A stretch of DNA of 38,875 nucleotides from Tabrizicola sp. (GTDB lineage: Bacteria; Pseudomonadota; Alphaproteobacteria; Rhodobacterales; Rhodobacteraceae): assembly GCA_041752895.1 (NCBI GenBank), contig JBGSVS010000541.1, forward strand, positions 1 to 38,875, read 5' to 3'. The first letter of the stretch is position 1, and every line of letters starts with the position of its first letter. This document shows positions 18,462-28,750 of the stretch, in pieces. The notes under the pieces were generated by a model, which was not told the DNA's origin, ran no database searches, and worked only from the letters and a program-made list of their open reading frames with translations. The position numbers and the translations under genes were made by a program.

Positions 18462-19420
18462 ACGCCCGGATCCTTTCGCTCGTTTCCGCTTAGCGCCTTC
18501 ACGTAGAAATACCCCAGCACCATCAGGATCACGAACAGCAGCACCGAATAGGCCGCTGCCACCCCCCAGCGCTGCCGGCCGAAGGCCAGTTCGTAGATAT
18601 GGGTGATCCAGATATGCGAGGCGTTGGACGGCCCGCCGCCCGTCATGATCCAGGGCACGATGAACGAGTTGAAGTTTGCCACCGCCAGCAAGAGCACGGT
18701 GATGGTCGAGACGCTGGACAGGTGAGGAAAGGTCACATGCCAGAACCTTTGCCAGGCCGACGCGCCATCAATCTGGGCTGCGCGCAGCAATTGATCGGGC
18801 ACCGTCTGCAGCCCAGCCATCACCATGATCATGGCAAAAGGAAACTCGCGCCAGATGTTCACCACGATAAGCGCGGGCAACACGGTATCGACGTTGTCGA
18901 TGATGTTGGGCTGGCTGTCCACCACACCCATTTGCACAAGGACCGCGCCTAGGATGCCGAAATCGGAATGGTAAATCCATTTCCAGATGTAGGACGCGGC
19001 CACGGCGCTGATGACCCACGGGACGATGAGGATGGCCCGCAAAATCGCGCGACCGGCAAAGTCGCGGTGCAACGCCAGTGCGCATGCGAAGCCCAGAACG
19101 AATGCGATCAGGGTGGAGAAGATCGTCCAGATGACCGTATTCAGCGTGACGCGCCAGAACACGCCGCTGGACAGGATCGAGGTGTAGTTGTCGACCCCGA
19201 CAAAGATCTTGTCGCGCAACTGCAACCCCGGCGGGGTTTTGTAGAACGACAGTTCGATCGTGTAGTAGATCGGGTAGGCGATGACGATCAGCATGACCAC
19301 GATGGCCGGCATCACGTAAAGATAGTCGGCGCGGCTGGTCCACATCTGTTGCAGCACGCCGGGTTGGGCCAGGCGGGCTGGTTGGGTCCCTGCTTGGCGT
19401 GTCGAAGTGGTCATCTTCAT
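18458..19420 (-). CDS. Carbohydrate ABC transporter permease (MalF-like)
   Basis: RAAQIDGASAWQRFWHVTFP and MTGGGP; ATGA overlap with the next gene. Confidence 0.93.
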   Translation of the reverse strand: MKMTTSTRQAGTQPARLAQPGVLQQMWTSRADYLYVMPAIVVMLIVIAYPIYYTIELSFYKTPPGLQLRDKIFVGVDNYTSILSSGVFWRVTLNTVIWTIFSTLIAFVLGFACALALHRDFAGRAILRAILIVPWVISAVAASYIWKWIYHSDFGILGAVLVQMGVVDSQPNIIDNVDTVLPALIVVNIWREFPFAMIMVMAGLQTVPDQLLRAAQIDGASAWQRFWHVTFPHLSSVSTITVLLLAVANFNSFIVPWIMTGGGPSNASHIWITHIYELAFGRQRWGVAAAYSVLLFVILMVLGYFYVKALSGNERKDPGV

Positions 19421-19446
19421 GCCCGTCTTGCTGCCACAGATGGAAA

Positions 19447-19471
19447 ACCGGCAGCGCGCTGCGCCGCCGGT
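19447..19471 (-). terminator. Hairpin after the SBP gene
   Basis: ACCGGCAGCGC...GCGCCGCCGGT inverted repeat between SBP and first permease. Confidence 0.45.
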
Positions 19472-19500
19472 GTGGTGTCATGTGGAACGACCGGGACCGC

Positions 19501-20988
19501 TTACGGCCCGAGGCCGTCTTGCAGGTCACGGACCTTCTGCGCCGCGTCATTGGCCGCTTCTTCGACGGTCATGGCGCCAGTCAGCGCATTCTGCAGCATG
19601 TCGGGGATGATGATGTTCATGATCTCGGGCGTCTCGGGCAGAGCCGGGAACGGGATGCCGTACGGCAGCATCGAGGTTGTGACATCGAGGAACTTGATGC
19701 TGTCCAGACGCTCTTTCATGAACGAGGTCTTGAACCCGTTCAGGTTGCCCGGGTTCGATCCGGCATAGGCCATTTTCAGCGACCATTCCGGGCTGGTCCA
19801 GAAGCAGACCATGGCCTTCGCCGCTTGCTCGTCCACCACGCCGCCCTCGACGTACTCAGGCTTCAGGATGTGGATGTTGGATCCGCCGAACACCACGGCA
19901 CGCTTGCCGTCGGGGCCGGTCGGGATCAGCCCGTAGCGCATGTTGTCGAGGACCGTCTGCGCCTTTTCCTTGTCTTCGCCTGTCGCCTTGGCCTGCAGGT
20001 CCAGCATGACGTTGTAGTCGGAGGGGTGGGAAATCATCATGGCCAGTTGTCCCGCAAGGAACAGAGGCTGGTTGTCGGCCTGCTGGTTGGTCAGCGCCGA
20101 AACCGGAACCGACTTGTCACGGACATACATGTCGTAGGACGCCTGCAGTGCCGCCTTGCTGGCTTCGCTGTCCAGGCGGATCTCGCCGTAGGTAGGGCTG
20201 GGGTCTGCTTCATCGAACACGCCACCGCCATAGCCCCAAAGCTGAGGCATGAAGCGATAAGGCGTATTTCCAGCATTCTTGCGCGCGACCAGACCGTAGC
20301 CGGCAACCCCAAGCGTATCGTGGATCTGCTTGGAATAGGCGACCACGTCATCCCATGTCTGCGGCGGTTGCTCTGGGTCCAGCCCGGCGCGCTTGAAGAT
20401 GTCGGCGTTCCAGATCAGGGCCATCGTCTCGTTATTGGTCGGGATTCCGTAGGTCTTCCCTTCCCACGTCACCGACTTCATGGCGCCCGGCCAGAAATCC
20501 TCATTTTTCCAGCCGACATCGGTCGGGGCAAGTTCCTGCAGATAGCCTTTTGAGGCAAACTCAACGCCGCCAAGGATCTGCAGGCGCACCACCATGGGTC
20601 CGGCATTGCCCAGAAGTGCTGTGCGGAACTTGTCCAGCAAGTCGTTGTAGGTCAGCGCCTGTTCTTCAAGCTCGATGTTGGGGTACGTCGCGCGGAAGGC
20701 GACAAAGAAGTCCTTGTAGTATTGACGCAGAAGATCGGGGTCACCCTCGAAAACCCCCTGATACCAGAAGGTCAGCTTGCCCTTGTAGTCCAGGGGAGTG
20801 ACAGCTCCGCACAGGGCGCCGGTGTCATAATCTTCGGTTCCCGCGATTGAGCGGACGTATTCTGGTGACCATTTGCTCAGGTCAACGGTCTGCGCGACGG
20901 CCGAGATGGGCTGCAGTGCCATCGCCGTCGCCAGTGCGCCGACAAAGGTGCCGTTCGCAAACGCCCGACCTGATCGGAATCTTGCCAT
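19501..20988 (-). CDS. Carbohydrate ABC transporter substrate-binding protein (CUT1)
   Basis: Signal peptide (AVA-Q); GKTYGIP, WNADIFKRAGLDPEQPPQTWDD and FLAGQLAM motifs; SD AGGAGG. Confidence 0.92.
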   Translation of the reverse strand: MARFRSGRAFANGTFVGALATAMALQPISAVAQTVDLSKWSPEYVRSIAGTEDYDTGALCGAVTPLDYKGKLTFWYQGVFEGDPDLLRQYYKDFFVAFRATYPNIELEEQALTYNDLLDKFRTALLGNAGPMVVRLQILGGVEFASKGYLQELAPTDVGWKNEDFWPGAMKSVTWEGKTYGIPTNNETMALIWNADIFKRAGLDPEQPPQTWDDVVAYSKQIHDTLGVAGYGLVARKNAGNTPYRFMPQLWGYGGGVFDEADPSPTYGEIRLDSEASKAALQASYDMYVRDKSVPVSALTNQQADNQPLFLAGQLAMMISHPSDYNVMLDLQAKATGEDKEKAQTVLDNMRYGLIPTGPDGKRAVVFGGSNIHILKPEYVEGGVVDEQAAKAMVCFWTSPEWSLKMAYAGSNPGNLNGFKTSFMKERLDSIKFLDVTTSMLPYGIPFPALPETPEIMNIIIPDMLQNALTGAMTVEEAANDAAQKVRDLQDGLGP

Positions 20989-21149
20989 GAAGTCCTCCTG
21001 TCATCCTGCCGACGCTTGACGCGGCAAGCCCCTTTTTGCTGTCGGAAACGATTGCACTGCGCCTCCTCGCGCATTGCTTTCCGAGCAGATTGAGTATGAT
21101 CGTGAACAAAGGGACGTTCTCAGACGCCGTCTTGCTTGTCAACTTGATT

Positions 21150-21186
21150 CGATTATACATTGTTTTCCAGATTTCATGCACAATCG
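21150..21186. promoter_or_regulatory. Putative GntR operator (imperfect inverted repeat)
   Basis: CGATTATACAT-N15-ATGCACAATCG (9/11 complementary) in the AT-rich divergent promoter region. Confidence 0.4.
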
Positions 21187-21282
21187 GCGAAATCGGCTTG
21201 CTGTCCGGTGGCGACCGCGAGACCGCAGGCACGCAACTTGCAGCAGGACCACGGAAAGACAGTTTCAAGAACAGGACTTCAG

Positions 21283-21984
21283 ATGAACGAGTTCAAGGCC
21301 CCTCCCCCGTCCGGAATGGAGCCAACCGGCGCCTCGCGCGAGGGCTCTTCGGCCTATGAAAAGATCAGGGAAGACATCATCTCGGGACGGCTCAAAGCCA
21401 ACGAACGCCTGATCGTGGCCGACCTGGCCAAGCAGCATAACACGTCAACCAACCCCATTCGCGAGGCGTTGCAGATGTTGCGTGGCGAGGGCTTCGTGGT
21501 CATCGCGCCAAATCGCGGGGCAAGAGTGCGCCCGATCAACCAGGATTTCGTGCGCGACATCTATGAGATCGGTGTGCTGATCGAGCCCGCGTTGACGCAT
21601 TGGTTCGTCGGCATGGCCACCCCAGCCGACATTATCGAACTGGAGTCCGTGCAGGCCCAGATCGAAGCCAACGACTTTCTCGATCCGATCCGTCACAGCG
21701 AGCTCGACACCCGGTTTCACACCATCATGTACGAACGGCACTACAACCGCCACGCGGCCGAGTTGTGGTGGAAGCATCGCGAAGTGCTTCGCGCAGTGAG
21801 CCGTCGGTTCAACTTTACCCTCGCCCGACGCGCCCAGGTGATCCGTGAACATCGGGAACTGATCCAGCACATCAAGAACGGCGATGCCGACCAGGCCTCG
21901 GCCCTGATCGGACGCCATGTCGAGGGTTCGGGGCGCCATATCCTGGAACACATGCGCGCCGCCAGCGCGGCGAGGGCTGGCTGA
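21283..21984 (+). CDS. GntR family transcriptional regulator (FadR subfamily, FCD domain)
   Basis: YEKIREDIISG, STNPIREAL, PNRGARV, RFH and EHREL; SD AGGA. Confidence 0.93.
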   Translation: MNEFKAPPPSGMEPTGASREGSSAYEKIREDIISGRLKANERLIVADLAKQHNTSTNPIREALQMLRGEGFVVIAPNRGARVRPINQDFVRDIYEIGVLIEPALTHWFVGMATPADIIELESVQAQIEANDFLDPIRHSELDTRFHTIMYERHYNRHAAELWWKHREVLRAVSRRFNFTLARRAQVIREHRELIQHIKNGDADQASALIGRHVEGSGRHILEHMRAASAARAG

Positions 21985-22007
21985 ACAGTTTTCCTTGGGA
22001 GGACAGA

Positions 22008-23177
22008 ATGAAGATCACTGGCGTGCGGCCCTGGCTGATCAAGTCGACAGCCTCCTATTGGGGCGAGTTCCTGTTTGTCGAAGTCACCACGGATGAGGGT
22101 GTTTCGGGTTGGGGAGAGATCACCACCACCACCTTCGTCGCCAACCGCGCGCTCTGCCAGATGCTCAAGCAGATCAGCAAGATCATCGAGGGCGACGATC
22201 CCGCACATATCGAGCGGATCTGGCACAAGATCTTCCGCAACTTCACCTACATGGGCAGCCGGGGTGCGGCGGTGGAATGCGTCAGTGCGATCGACATCGC
22301 GCTCTGGGACATTCGCGGCAAGGTTCTGGGCCAGCCGATCTATGAACTCCTCGGCGGTCCGGTGCGGGACGAAATCCTGCTCTACACCCATCCCGACCAA
22401 TCAAAGTTCACCAGCACCGAAGCCGTGGTCCGCGAGATTCAGGACATCGTCGCATCGGGGCATACGTCGCTGAAATTCGACCCCTTTCCGCAGCAGGGTC
22501 CGAAGAATGCCCAGGGCATCGCGCGGGAACAATCCGAGGGCTATCTTGACGGCCAGATGACCCGCAAGGATGAACGAGAGGCCGCCGAACTGACGGCCTT
22601 GATCCGCGAGACGACGGGGCCGGACATCGAATTGCTGATCGACGCCCATGGCCGCTTTGATGTGCCGACGGCCATCCGCCTGTGCAACACGCTGGAGGAG
22701 GCGGGCCAGATCGACTGGTTCGAGGAACCGGTTCCACCAGAAAGCTCCAACGCGCTGCGTCAGGTGCGCGACAAGGTCAACGTGCCGATTTCCTGGGGTG
22801 AGCGTGGTCATACGAAGTGGGATTTCGTCCCCATTCTGGAGAACCGTCTGGCCGACTACATCATGCCCGATGTCACCTGGACCGGCGGCATCACCGAACT
22901 GAAGAAGATCTCTGCGCTTTGCGAAGCTTATTACATCCCGGTATCTCCCCATGATGCCGCGGGCCCGATCAATGTGGTTGCGGGCGCGCAAGTCATGATG
23001 ACGGTGCCGAACTTCTACCGGCTGGAGACGTCGGAATGGAACCTGCACAAGTATGACCACCTGATCGACAAGCCGTTGGACAATTCGGGCGGAAGCCTGA
23101 AGCTCACCTGCGGGCCGGGCTTGGGGGTCGAGATGAACCGCGACTATCTGGACGCCAACGCGATCGATCTGGACTGA
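22008..23177 (+). CDS. Enolase superfamily (MR-like) dehydratase, galactonate/gluconate dehydratase-like
   Basis: [31 protein letters not shown]. Confidence 0.9.
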   Translation: MKITGVRPWLIKSTASYWGEFLFVEVTTDEGVSGWGEITTTTFVANRALCQMLKQISKIIEGDDPAHIERIWHKIFRNFTYMGSRGAAVECVSAIDIALWDIRGKVLGQPIYELLGGPVRDEILLYTHPDQSKFTSTEAVVREIQDIVASGHTSLKFDPFPQQGPKNAQGIAREQSEGYLDGQMTRKDEREAAELTALIRETTGPDIELLIDAHGRFDVPTAIRLCNTLEEAGQIDWFEEPVPPESSNALRQVRDKVNVPISWGERGHTKWDFVPILENRLADYIMPDVTWTGGITELKKISALCEAYYIPVSPHDAAGPINVVAGAQVMMTVPNFYRLETSEWNLHKYDHLIDKPLDNSGGSLKLTCGPGLGVEMNRDYLDANAIDLD

Positions 23178-23209
23178 CCCATCAGCCGCACGGAACGACC
23201 CAAGGGAAA

Positions 23210-24589
23210 TTGCCGCTGACGTCAGCCCTGACCAAAGCCGCCACAACCGGCGAAACCATCCAGACCCATATCAGCACCGCCTCGCGGCCAAGCGATTTGC
23301 GGATCACCGACCTGCGGGTGGCCGAGATCGAGGGGGCCCCCTTCCGGTCGGTCCTAATCAAGATCTACACCAATCAGGGCATCGTGGGCTTGGGCGAGGT
23401 GCGAGACAATGCCAGCGCCACCTATGCGCTGATGCTGAAAAGTCGACTTCTGGGCGAGAACCCCTGCGACGTTGACCGCCTGTTCCGCCGCATCCGGCAG
23501 TTTGGCGGCCACGGGCGTCAAGGCGGTGGGGTCAGCGCGGTCGAGATCGCGCTTTGGGACATCGCGGGAAAGGCCTACGGCGTGCCGGTCTATCAGATGC
23601 TGGGCGGGCGGTTCCGTGACAAGGTGCGGATCTATTGCGATACCGATGCCGAAAAGCCCAGCGGGCGGGAAACCGGCCTGCGGCTGAAGGCACGGATGGA
23701 GCGTGGGTTCACCTTCCTCAAGATGGACCTCGGCCTGATGCAGATCGCAGGCGTGCCTGGTGCCGTTTCGGCCCCTGCGGGCGTGCTGGAACCATATCAG
23801 ACGCATCCCGGCCCAACTCCGGTGCGCAGTCTGGCCGGACGGCGGGCGCGCAATGCGTTCTACGACATCCACAACGTGCGCCACCCCTTTACCGGCCTGC
23901 ATTTCACCGAAAAAGGCCTGGACCTCTTGGAGCAATACATCGCCGAGGTGCGCGACGTGATCGGCATGGAGGTGCCGCTGGCCATCGACCATGTTGGCCA
24001 TATCTCGCTGCAGGACGGCATCAAACTGGCCCGCCGGATCGAGAAATACGCCCCTGCCTGGCTGGAGGACGTGATCCCCTGGCAATACACCGAGCAATAC
24101 CGCCAGCTGCAGCTGGCCACCACCGTCCCGATTTGCACGGGTGAGGATATCTACCTGCGCGAAGGGTTTGATCCGCTGCTAAAAACCGGCATTTCGGTGA
24201 TCCATCCCGATCTGCTGACTGCCGGCGGAATCCTTGAGACGAAGAAGATCGGCGACGCCGCTCAGGACCATGGCATCGCCATGGCCATTCACATGGCCGA
24301 AAGCCCGATCGCTGCGATGGCCGCGGCCCATGTGGCCGTAGCGACGGAAAATTTCATGGCGCTCGAATACCACTCTGCCGATGTGGACTGGTGGGATGAC
24401 ATCGTGACCGGCCTGCCGAAACCCCTGGTACAAGACGGCTTTATCACCGTGCCCGACAAGCCCGGCCTCGGCATTGATGATGTGGTGGACGAGGTGATCC
24501 GCGAACATCTGCAACCTGGGGTAACCGACATCTGGCAATCGACCGAACACTGGGACAACGAATATTCCTGGGACAGGACATGGAGCTGA
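23210..24589 (+). CDS. Enolase superfamily (MR-like) enzyme, long form
   Basis: TTG start with SD AAGGG; [33 protein letters not shown]. Confidence 0.88.
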   Translation: MPLTSALTKAATTGETIQTHISTASRPSDLRITDLRVAEIEGAPFRSVLIKIYTNQGIVGLGEVRDNASATYALMLKSRLLGENPCDVDRLFRRIRQFGGHGRQGGGVSAVEIALWDIAGKAYGVPVYQMLGGRFRDKVRIYCDTDAEKPSGRETGLRLKARMERGFTFLKMDLGLMQIAGVPGAVSAPAGVLEPYQTHPGPTPVRSLAGRRARNAFYDIHNVRHPFTGLHFTEKGLDLLEQYIAEVRDVIGMEVPLAIDHVGHISLQDGIKLARRIEKYAPAWLEDVIPWQYTEQYRQLQLATTVPICTGEDIYLREGFDPLLKTGISVIHPDLLTAGGILETKKIGDAAQDHGIAMAIHMAESPIAAMAAAHVAVATENFMALEYHSADVDWWDDIVTGLPKPLVQDGFITVPDKPGLGIDDVVDEVIREHLQPGVTDIWQSTEHWDNEYSWDRTWS

Positions 24590-24599
24590 CAGCCTGGCC

Positions 24600-25802
24600 A
24601 TGAAAATCACCGACCTTCGCTGTGCCGTCATCGGCCAACATCCCATCGTCCGGATCGTCACCGACGAGGGCCTTTATGGCCTGGGTGAGGTAGAGTTCAC
24701 GAAGACTTATCTCAAACCCTGGGTCCTGCACTTCCGCGAGGCACTTTTGGGCGAAGACCCGACGGATGTGGAACGGGTGATGTTGAAAATCCGCCAAAGA
24801 GGGTCGTTCAAACCCTATGGTGCTGCGGTCAGTGCCATCGAGCACGCCCTTTGGGACATCGCGGGCAAGGCGGCGAATGTTCCTGTCTACAAGCTCCTGG
24901 GCGGCAAGGTCCGCGACAAGGTGCGGGTCTACAATGGCTCGATCCGCAGGAAGCGGACGGGTGACCGGCCCGAGGATTATGCCGACGATGTCCGCTGGAT
25001 GATGCAGCAGCCCGAGAACTTCTTCATGATCAAGCAGGGCATTAGTTTTCATTCCAACATGAAGGATACGGTCCCTGATTTCCACTACGGCCCGCGCCAG
25101 CGACAAGCTGGCTACCACGGCGCGATGGACCAGGGGCAAATCTCGGAACGCGGGTTCAATCACATGCTGGATTGCGTCGCCGCGATGAAAGAGGTTTTGG
25201 GCGACAAGGTCTCATTAGCGCTGGATTGCGGCCCGGGTTGGTTTCTGAACGACGCGATCCGCTTTGCGCAGGCGGTAGAGAAGTACGACTTGATGTGGCT
25301 CGAAGACATGCTGACGGGCGACTACGTGCCTTGGGTCAATCCGCAAGCCTACCGGGAACTGACGGTCTCGACGTCGACACCAATCCACACGGGCGAGCAG
25401 ATCTATCTGCGTCACAACTTCAAAGAGTTGATCGAAACCCAGGCCGTGCGGGTCATCGGCCCCGATCCGGCCGATATTGGTGGAATTGCCGAGCTGAAAT
25501 GGGTGACGGAGCACGCCTACATGCATTCCATCATGATGGCGCCCCACGGCACAGCGAACGGGCTATTGGGCCTTGGCGCACTGATCAACGTCTGCGCCAC
25601 GCTGCCGGCCAACTACATCGCGTTTGAGTATCCCAGCGCGTCAGATCCCTGGTGGAACGATATCGTGACCGGTCTGCCCGACAGAATTATAACCGACAGC
25701 CACGTCGATTTGCTGCCGGCCCCCGGATTGGGACTGGATATCGATGCTGAAGCGGCTAAAAAGTATCTCGCAGACGAGGACGTCGGGTTCTTTCTTCAGT
25801 AA
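24600..25802 (+). CDS. Enolase superfamily (MR-like) enzyme
   Basis: [36 protein letters not shown]. Confidence 0.88.
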   Translation: MKITDLRCAVIGQHPIVRIVTDEGLYGLGEVEFTKTYLKPWVLHFREALLGEDPTDVERVMLKIRQRGSFKPYGAAVSAIEHALWDIAGKAANVPVYKLLGGKVRDKVRVYNGSIRRKRTGDRPEDYADDVRWMMQQPENFFMIKQGISFHSNMKDTVPDFHYGPRQRQAGYHGAMDQGQISERGFNHMLDCVAAMKEVLGDKVSLALDCGPGWFLNDAIRFAQAVEKYDLMWLEDMLTGDYVPWVNPQAYRELTVSTSTPIHTGEQIYLRHNFKELIETQAVRVIGPDPADIGGIAELKWVTEHAYMHSIMMAPHGTANGLLGLGALINVCATLPANYIAFEYPSASDPWWNDIVTGLPDRIITDSHVDLLPAPGLGLDIDAEAAKKYLADEDVGFFLQ

Positions 25803-26223
25803 GAGCGGGCTGTCGGAAGAACTTGGCTTGAGCCTACCAAGGGGTATTGTCAGAGTAACGTCCCTCGCGGTGCCATTGTCATGAGAGATGGAACTGCTAA
25901 CGTCTGCGTCAGGAATCTCAGGGGCCGTCGCGTCAGCCTGGTCGGCTGAGGTGAAGGGAGTTTTGCCCAACCGAACGTGGTGGGCGCCGGAGAGCATTGC
26001 CCGAGCATTCTTCTGACAGGGAGTTTGGATCCACTTCGTGCTCTTCCGATCGCCCTTCACTCGAACGATGACGCCGGGGATGGCGGATTGCTGGCCTTTT
26101 GGCGCGCGCGCGATTTTCTGGTGAGGCGTCGGGAATGAAGTTTTTTGCGGCGCTTGGTGTCAGGTAAGACCAGCCATCACCAAAGCCGATGCTGCCCCTT
26201 GGGCCTTCGGAAGGAGAACCAAA

Positions 26224-27243
26224 ATTCTCGCGATTGAAATTACTGGACCGCACGCAGCCCGGGTCTGTGAACGCCCCGAACCAAAAGCTGCAGGCAATAT
26301 TGTCAAGGTTCAGGTGCTTGTCGCGCCGATGTGTACCGAATGGCAGTCTTGGCGCGCGGGCAAGACGGGGAAAGAGCTTGGCCACGAGGCCGTTGGCGTC
26401 GTCGTAGATGCTGCGCAATCGACCCGCCTGAAGGTCGGAGACCGAGTGATCGCTATGCCGCATTGGGGTTGCGGGGTCTGCCCGACCTGCTGTGAGGGTG
26501 AGCATATCCATTGTACTGATCAGCGCGATATCCTTGCTGAGACGGGATCCGCCTCTGGTCTCGGCGGATATGCGCAATACCTGATAAAGCCGGATTACCT
26601 GCTTTACCCAGTGCCGAATGACATCTCGACCGACCATGCGGCCATGGCTTTGTGTGCGCTGGGGCCCAGTTTCACGGCGATGGAGCGGATGCGGGTCTCG
26701 GTCGACGATAACGTCCTTGTGTCGGGCTGCGGCGCGGTCGGCCTTGGCGCCATCGTCAATGCACGAACACTTGGCGCCCGCGTCATCGCGCTGGAGCCGC
26801 ATCCCTAGCGAGCGGATCTCGCCCGCGCCTTGGGGGCAGAGGTGGTCCTCGACCCCAGTGGTCCCGACCTGATTGCACAAATTCAGGCATTGACCGGCGG
26901 CTGCGGTGCGGATGCCGCAATTGAAACCAGCAACAACGAAACGGTGCCTCCGGTAGTGATCGAACTTCTGCGCGCGCGCGGTCGGCTTTCTTTCGTCACT
27001 TGGAGCGGCGCCTTGCCCGTCGCAAGGATCACCGGAAAGGGGATCGATGTCTTTGGCAGCTGGCACTGGAACCACGACCGTCAGGGAACGCAGATGATGC
27101 AGCGCGTGCGCGATGCGGGACCTCTTCTGGACAAGCTGACCACGCACCGCTTTGCACTTTTCCAGATCTCCGAAGCTTTCGCGCTGCAAGAAACCGGCTG
27201 CTGTGGCAAGGTCCTGCTCTACCCGCAGGGAGAACCCTCGTGA
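26224..27243 (+). pseudogene. Zinc-dependent alcohol/polyol dehydrogenase (MDR) with an in-frame TAG and an ATT at the start position
   Basis: ORFs 26314-26808 and 26830-27243 share one frame, split only by TAG at 26806-26808 (EPHP*RADLARALGA); MCTE, GHE, CGVCPTC...C and GCGAVG motifs; SD AAGGAG followed 7 nt later by ATT at 26224. Confidence 0.85.
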
Positions 27244-28112
27244 CTCTGCGCCTTGGCGGACAAGGGATAAGCTATACCGGCGACCCCGACGCCTACGCTA
27301 TGGCCCATGTCGAATTCGGATATAACGCGGCTTACATGCCAAACATCTCAATCGACAACCGCGACGAGATCGCCGCGTTGATCAAAGCGATGGCCAAGGC
27401 CGATATCGTCATCGCCGAGGGTGGCGCTTGGAAGAACCTGATCGCACATGACCCCGCCCAGCGGCAGGCGAACCTGGATTTTGCCGTCCATCAGTTGGCT
27501 CTTGCGGATGAGTTGGGTGCAAAGGCCTGCGTGGCATTTCACGGCACGGCCGGCCATCCCGGCGACCCCTGGCAACTAAGCGATAACTATGACTACGGCC
27601 CCCATCCCGATAACCAGAGCGAAGCGGGATTTCAGCGTGCCGTCGATACTGCCCGCTATGTGATCGATGCCGTCAAACCAAAGCGCACCAGGTTCTCGCT
27701 GGAGATGGTGCCCTGGCTTGTCACCGACACCCCCGCAAATTACCTGAAATTGCTGCAGGCAATCGACCGGCCCCAGTTTGCCGCACACATCGACGCAGTC
27801 AACATGGTGATCTCGCCGCGCATGTATTTCAACACTGGCGCCATGATCCGCGAGGCCTTTGCGATACTCGGCCCTTGGATCGTCTCTTGCCATGCCAAGG
27901 ACGTGATCCTCCAGGGCGGGCCAGGCACGATCTCGTTCCATATCGATGAAGTGCCGCCGGGCGACGGCAACCTCGACTATGCGGCCTACCTTACCGAGAT
28001 CACGAGCCTTGGCCGGGAGGTGCCGCTGATGCTGGAGCATTTCGACGTCTCGGGCCACCGAAGGGGACTAGCCCATATTAAGTCGGTGGCAGCGACGCTG
28101 GGCCTCGCCTAA
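27240..28112 (+). CDS. Sugar phosphate isomerase/epimerase family TIM-barrel protein (AP_endonuc_2)
   Basis: GTGA overlap with the upstream gene; SLEM, HIDAVN, CHAKD, PGDGNLDY and LEH metal-binding pattern. Confidence 0.85.
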   Translation: MTLRLGGQGISYTGDPDAYAMAHVEFGYNAAYMPNISIDNRDEIAALIKAMAKADIVIAEGGAWKNLIAHDPAQRQANLDFAVHQLALADELGAKACVAFHGTAGHPGDPWQLSDNYDYGPHPDNQSEAGFQRAVDTARYVIDAVKPKRTRFSLEMVPWLVTDTPANYLKLLQAIDRPQFAAHIDAVNMVISPRMYFNTGAMIREAFAILGPWIVSCHAKDVILQGGPGTISFHIDEVPPGDGNLDYAAYLTEITSLGREVPLMLEHFDVSGHRRGLAHIKSVAATLGLA

Positions 28113-28211
28113 TTTTTTGTATCGAACGGGTGTATTCCGCAAATTGCCAAGATGATGTTGCGAGAAGAACTTCGATAGCTGCGCGGCTTTGCGTCCGGCC
28201 GGCCTCGCCTG

Positions 28212-28551
28212 ATGATCAGCCGCTTCCCGTCTCGGTACTTCAAGACTATCGATGAGATCATCCGCCTGCCGGTGATGTTCAACATCCGCTTCCTGCTTTC
28301 GCTGAGGAATTTGAGGATCTCTTGCACAAGCGGGCGATCGAGGTCAGCCATGAGACCGTGCGACACTGGTGGAACAGGTTTGGCCCGACGTTCGCCCTTT
28401 AGACCTGCGTGTAGCGGCGATGCGCGCCCAGGGTCATTGGCAATGACTTTTCGAATTGTACGTGAAGATCAACGGCGTGACGCACTACCTCTGGCAAGCT
28501 GTCCATCAAGAGGGCGAGGTGCTGGACAACATCGTCACTAAGACGCGCGAT
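28212..28551 (+). mobile_element. IS6-family transposase remnant (frameshifted, truncated)
   Basis: Across frames: RYFKTIDEIIRLPVM..RFLLSLRN / EDLLHKRAIEVSHETVRHWWNRFGP / YVKINGVTHYLWQAVHQEGEVLDNIVTKTRD, the characteristic IS6 N-terminal half; no terminal inverted repeats identified. Confidence 0.88.
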
Positions 28552-28750
28552 TCCGGACCGGCCGGCGCCGAGTACTGTAATCTGGATAGTCCGGAACTCA
28601 CATGGTCGGTCAGCGGCCGGAACCCTGGCTAGTTCATTGCAGCGATCCAGGTTGGGAAAGGCGCCCGAGTCCATGGCGGTCTGAAAAGCGCTGTCGCAAA
28701 GCGGCACTGGCCCTGTCTGTAGGTAGAGGCGACGCTTCGTCACTGACGCA

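Noticed and set aside
26806-26808. Pyrrolysine or alternative genetic code as the explanation for the TAG
   Set aside because: TAG terminates several intact genes in the window (e.g. 1775, 9321, 31433) and no pyl machinery is seen
25933-27189. 418-aa minus-strand ORF
   Set aside because: Shadow of the Zn-dehydrogenase pseudogene; no motifs
28688-28701. AGCGCTGTCGCAAA as an IS6 terminal inverted repeat
   Set aside because: It resembles the IS26-type end (11/14), but its orientation is wrong for a right end and it has no partner upstream of the transposase
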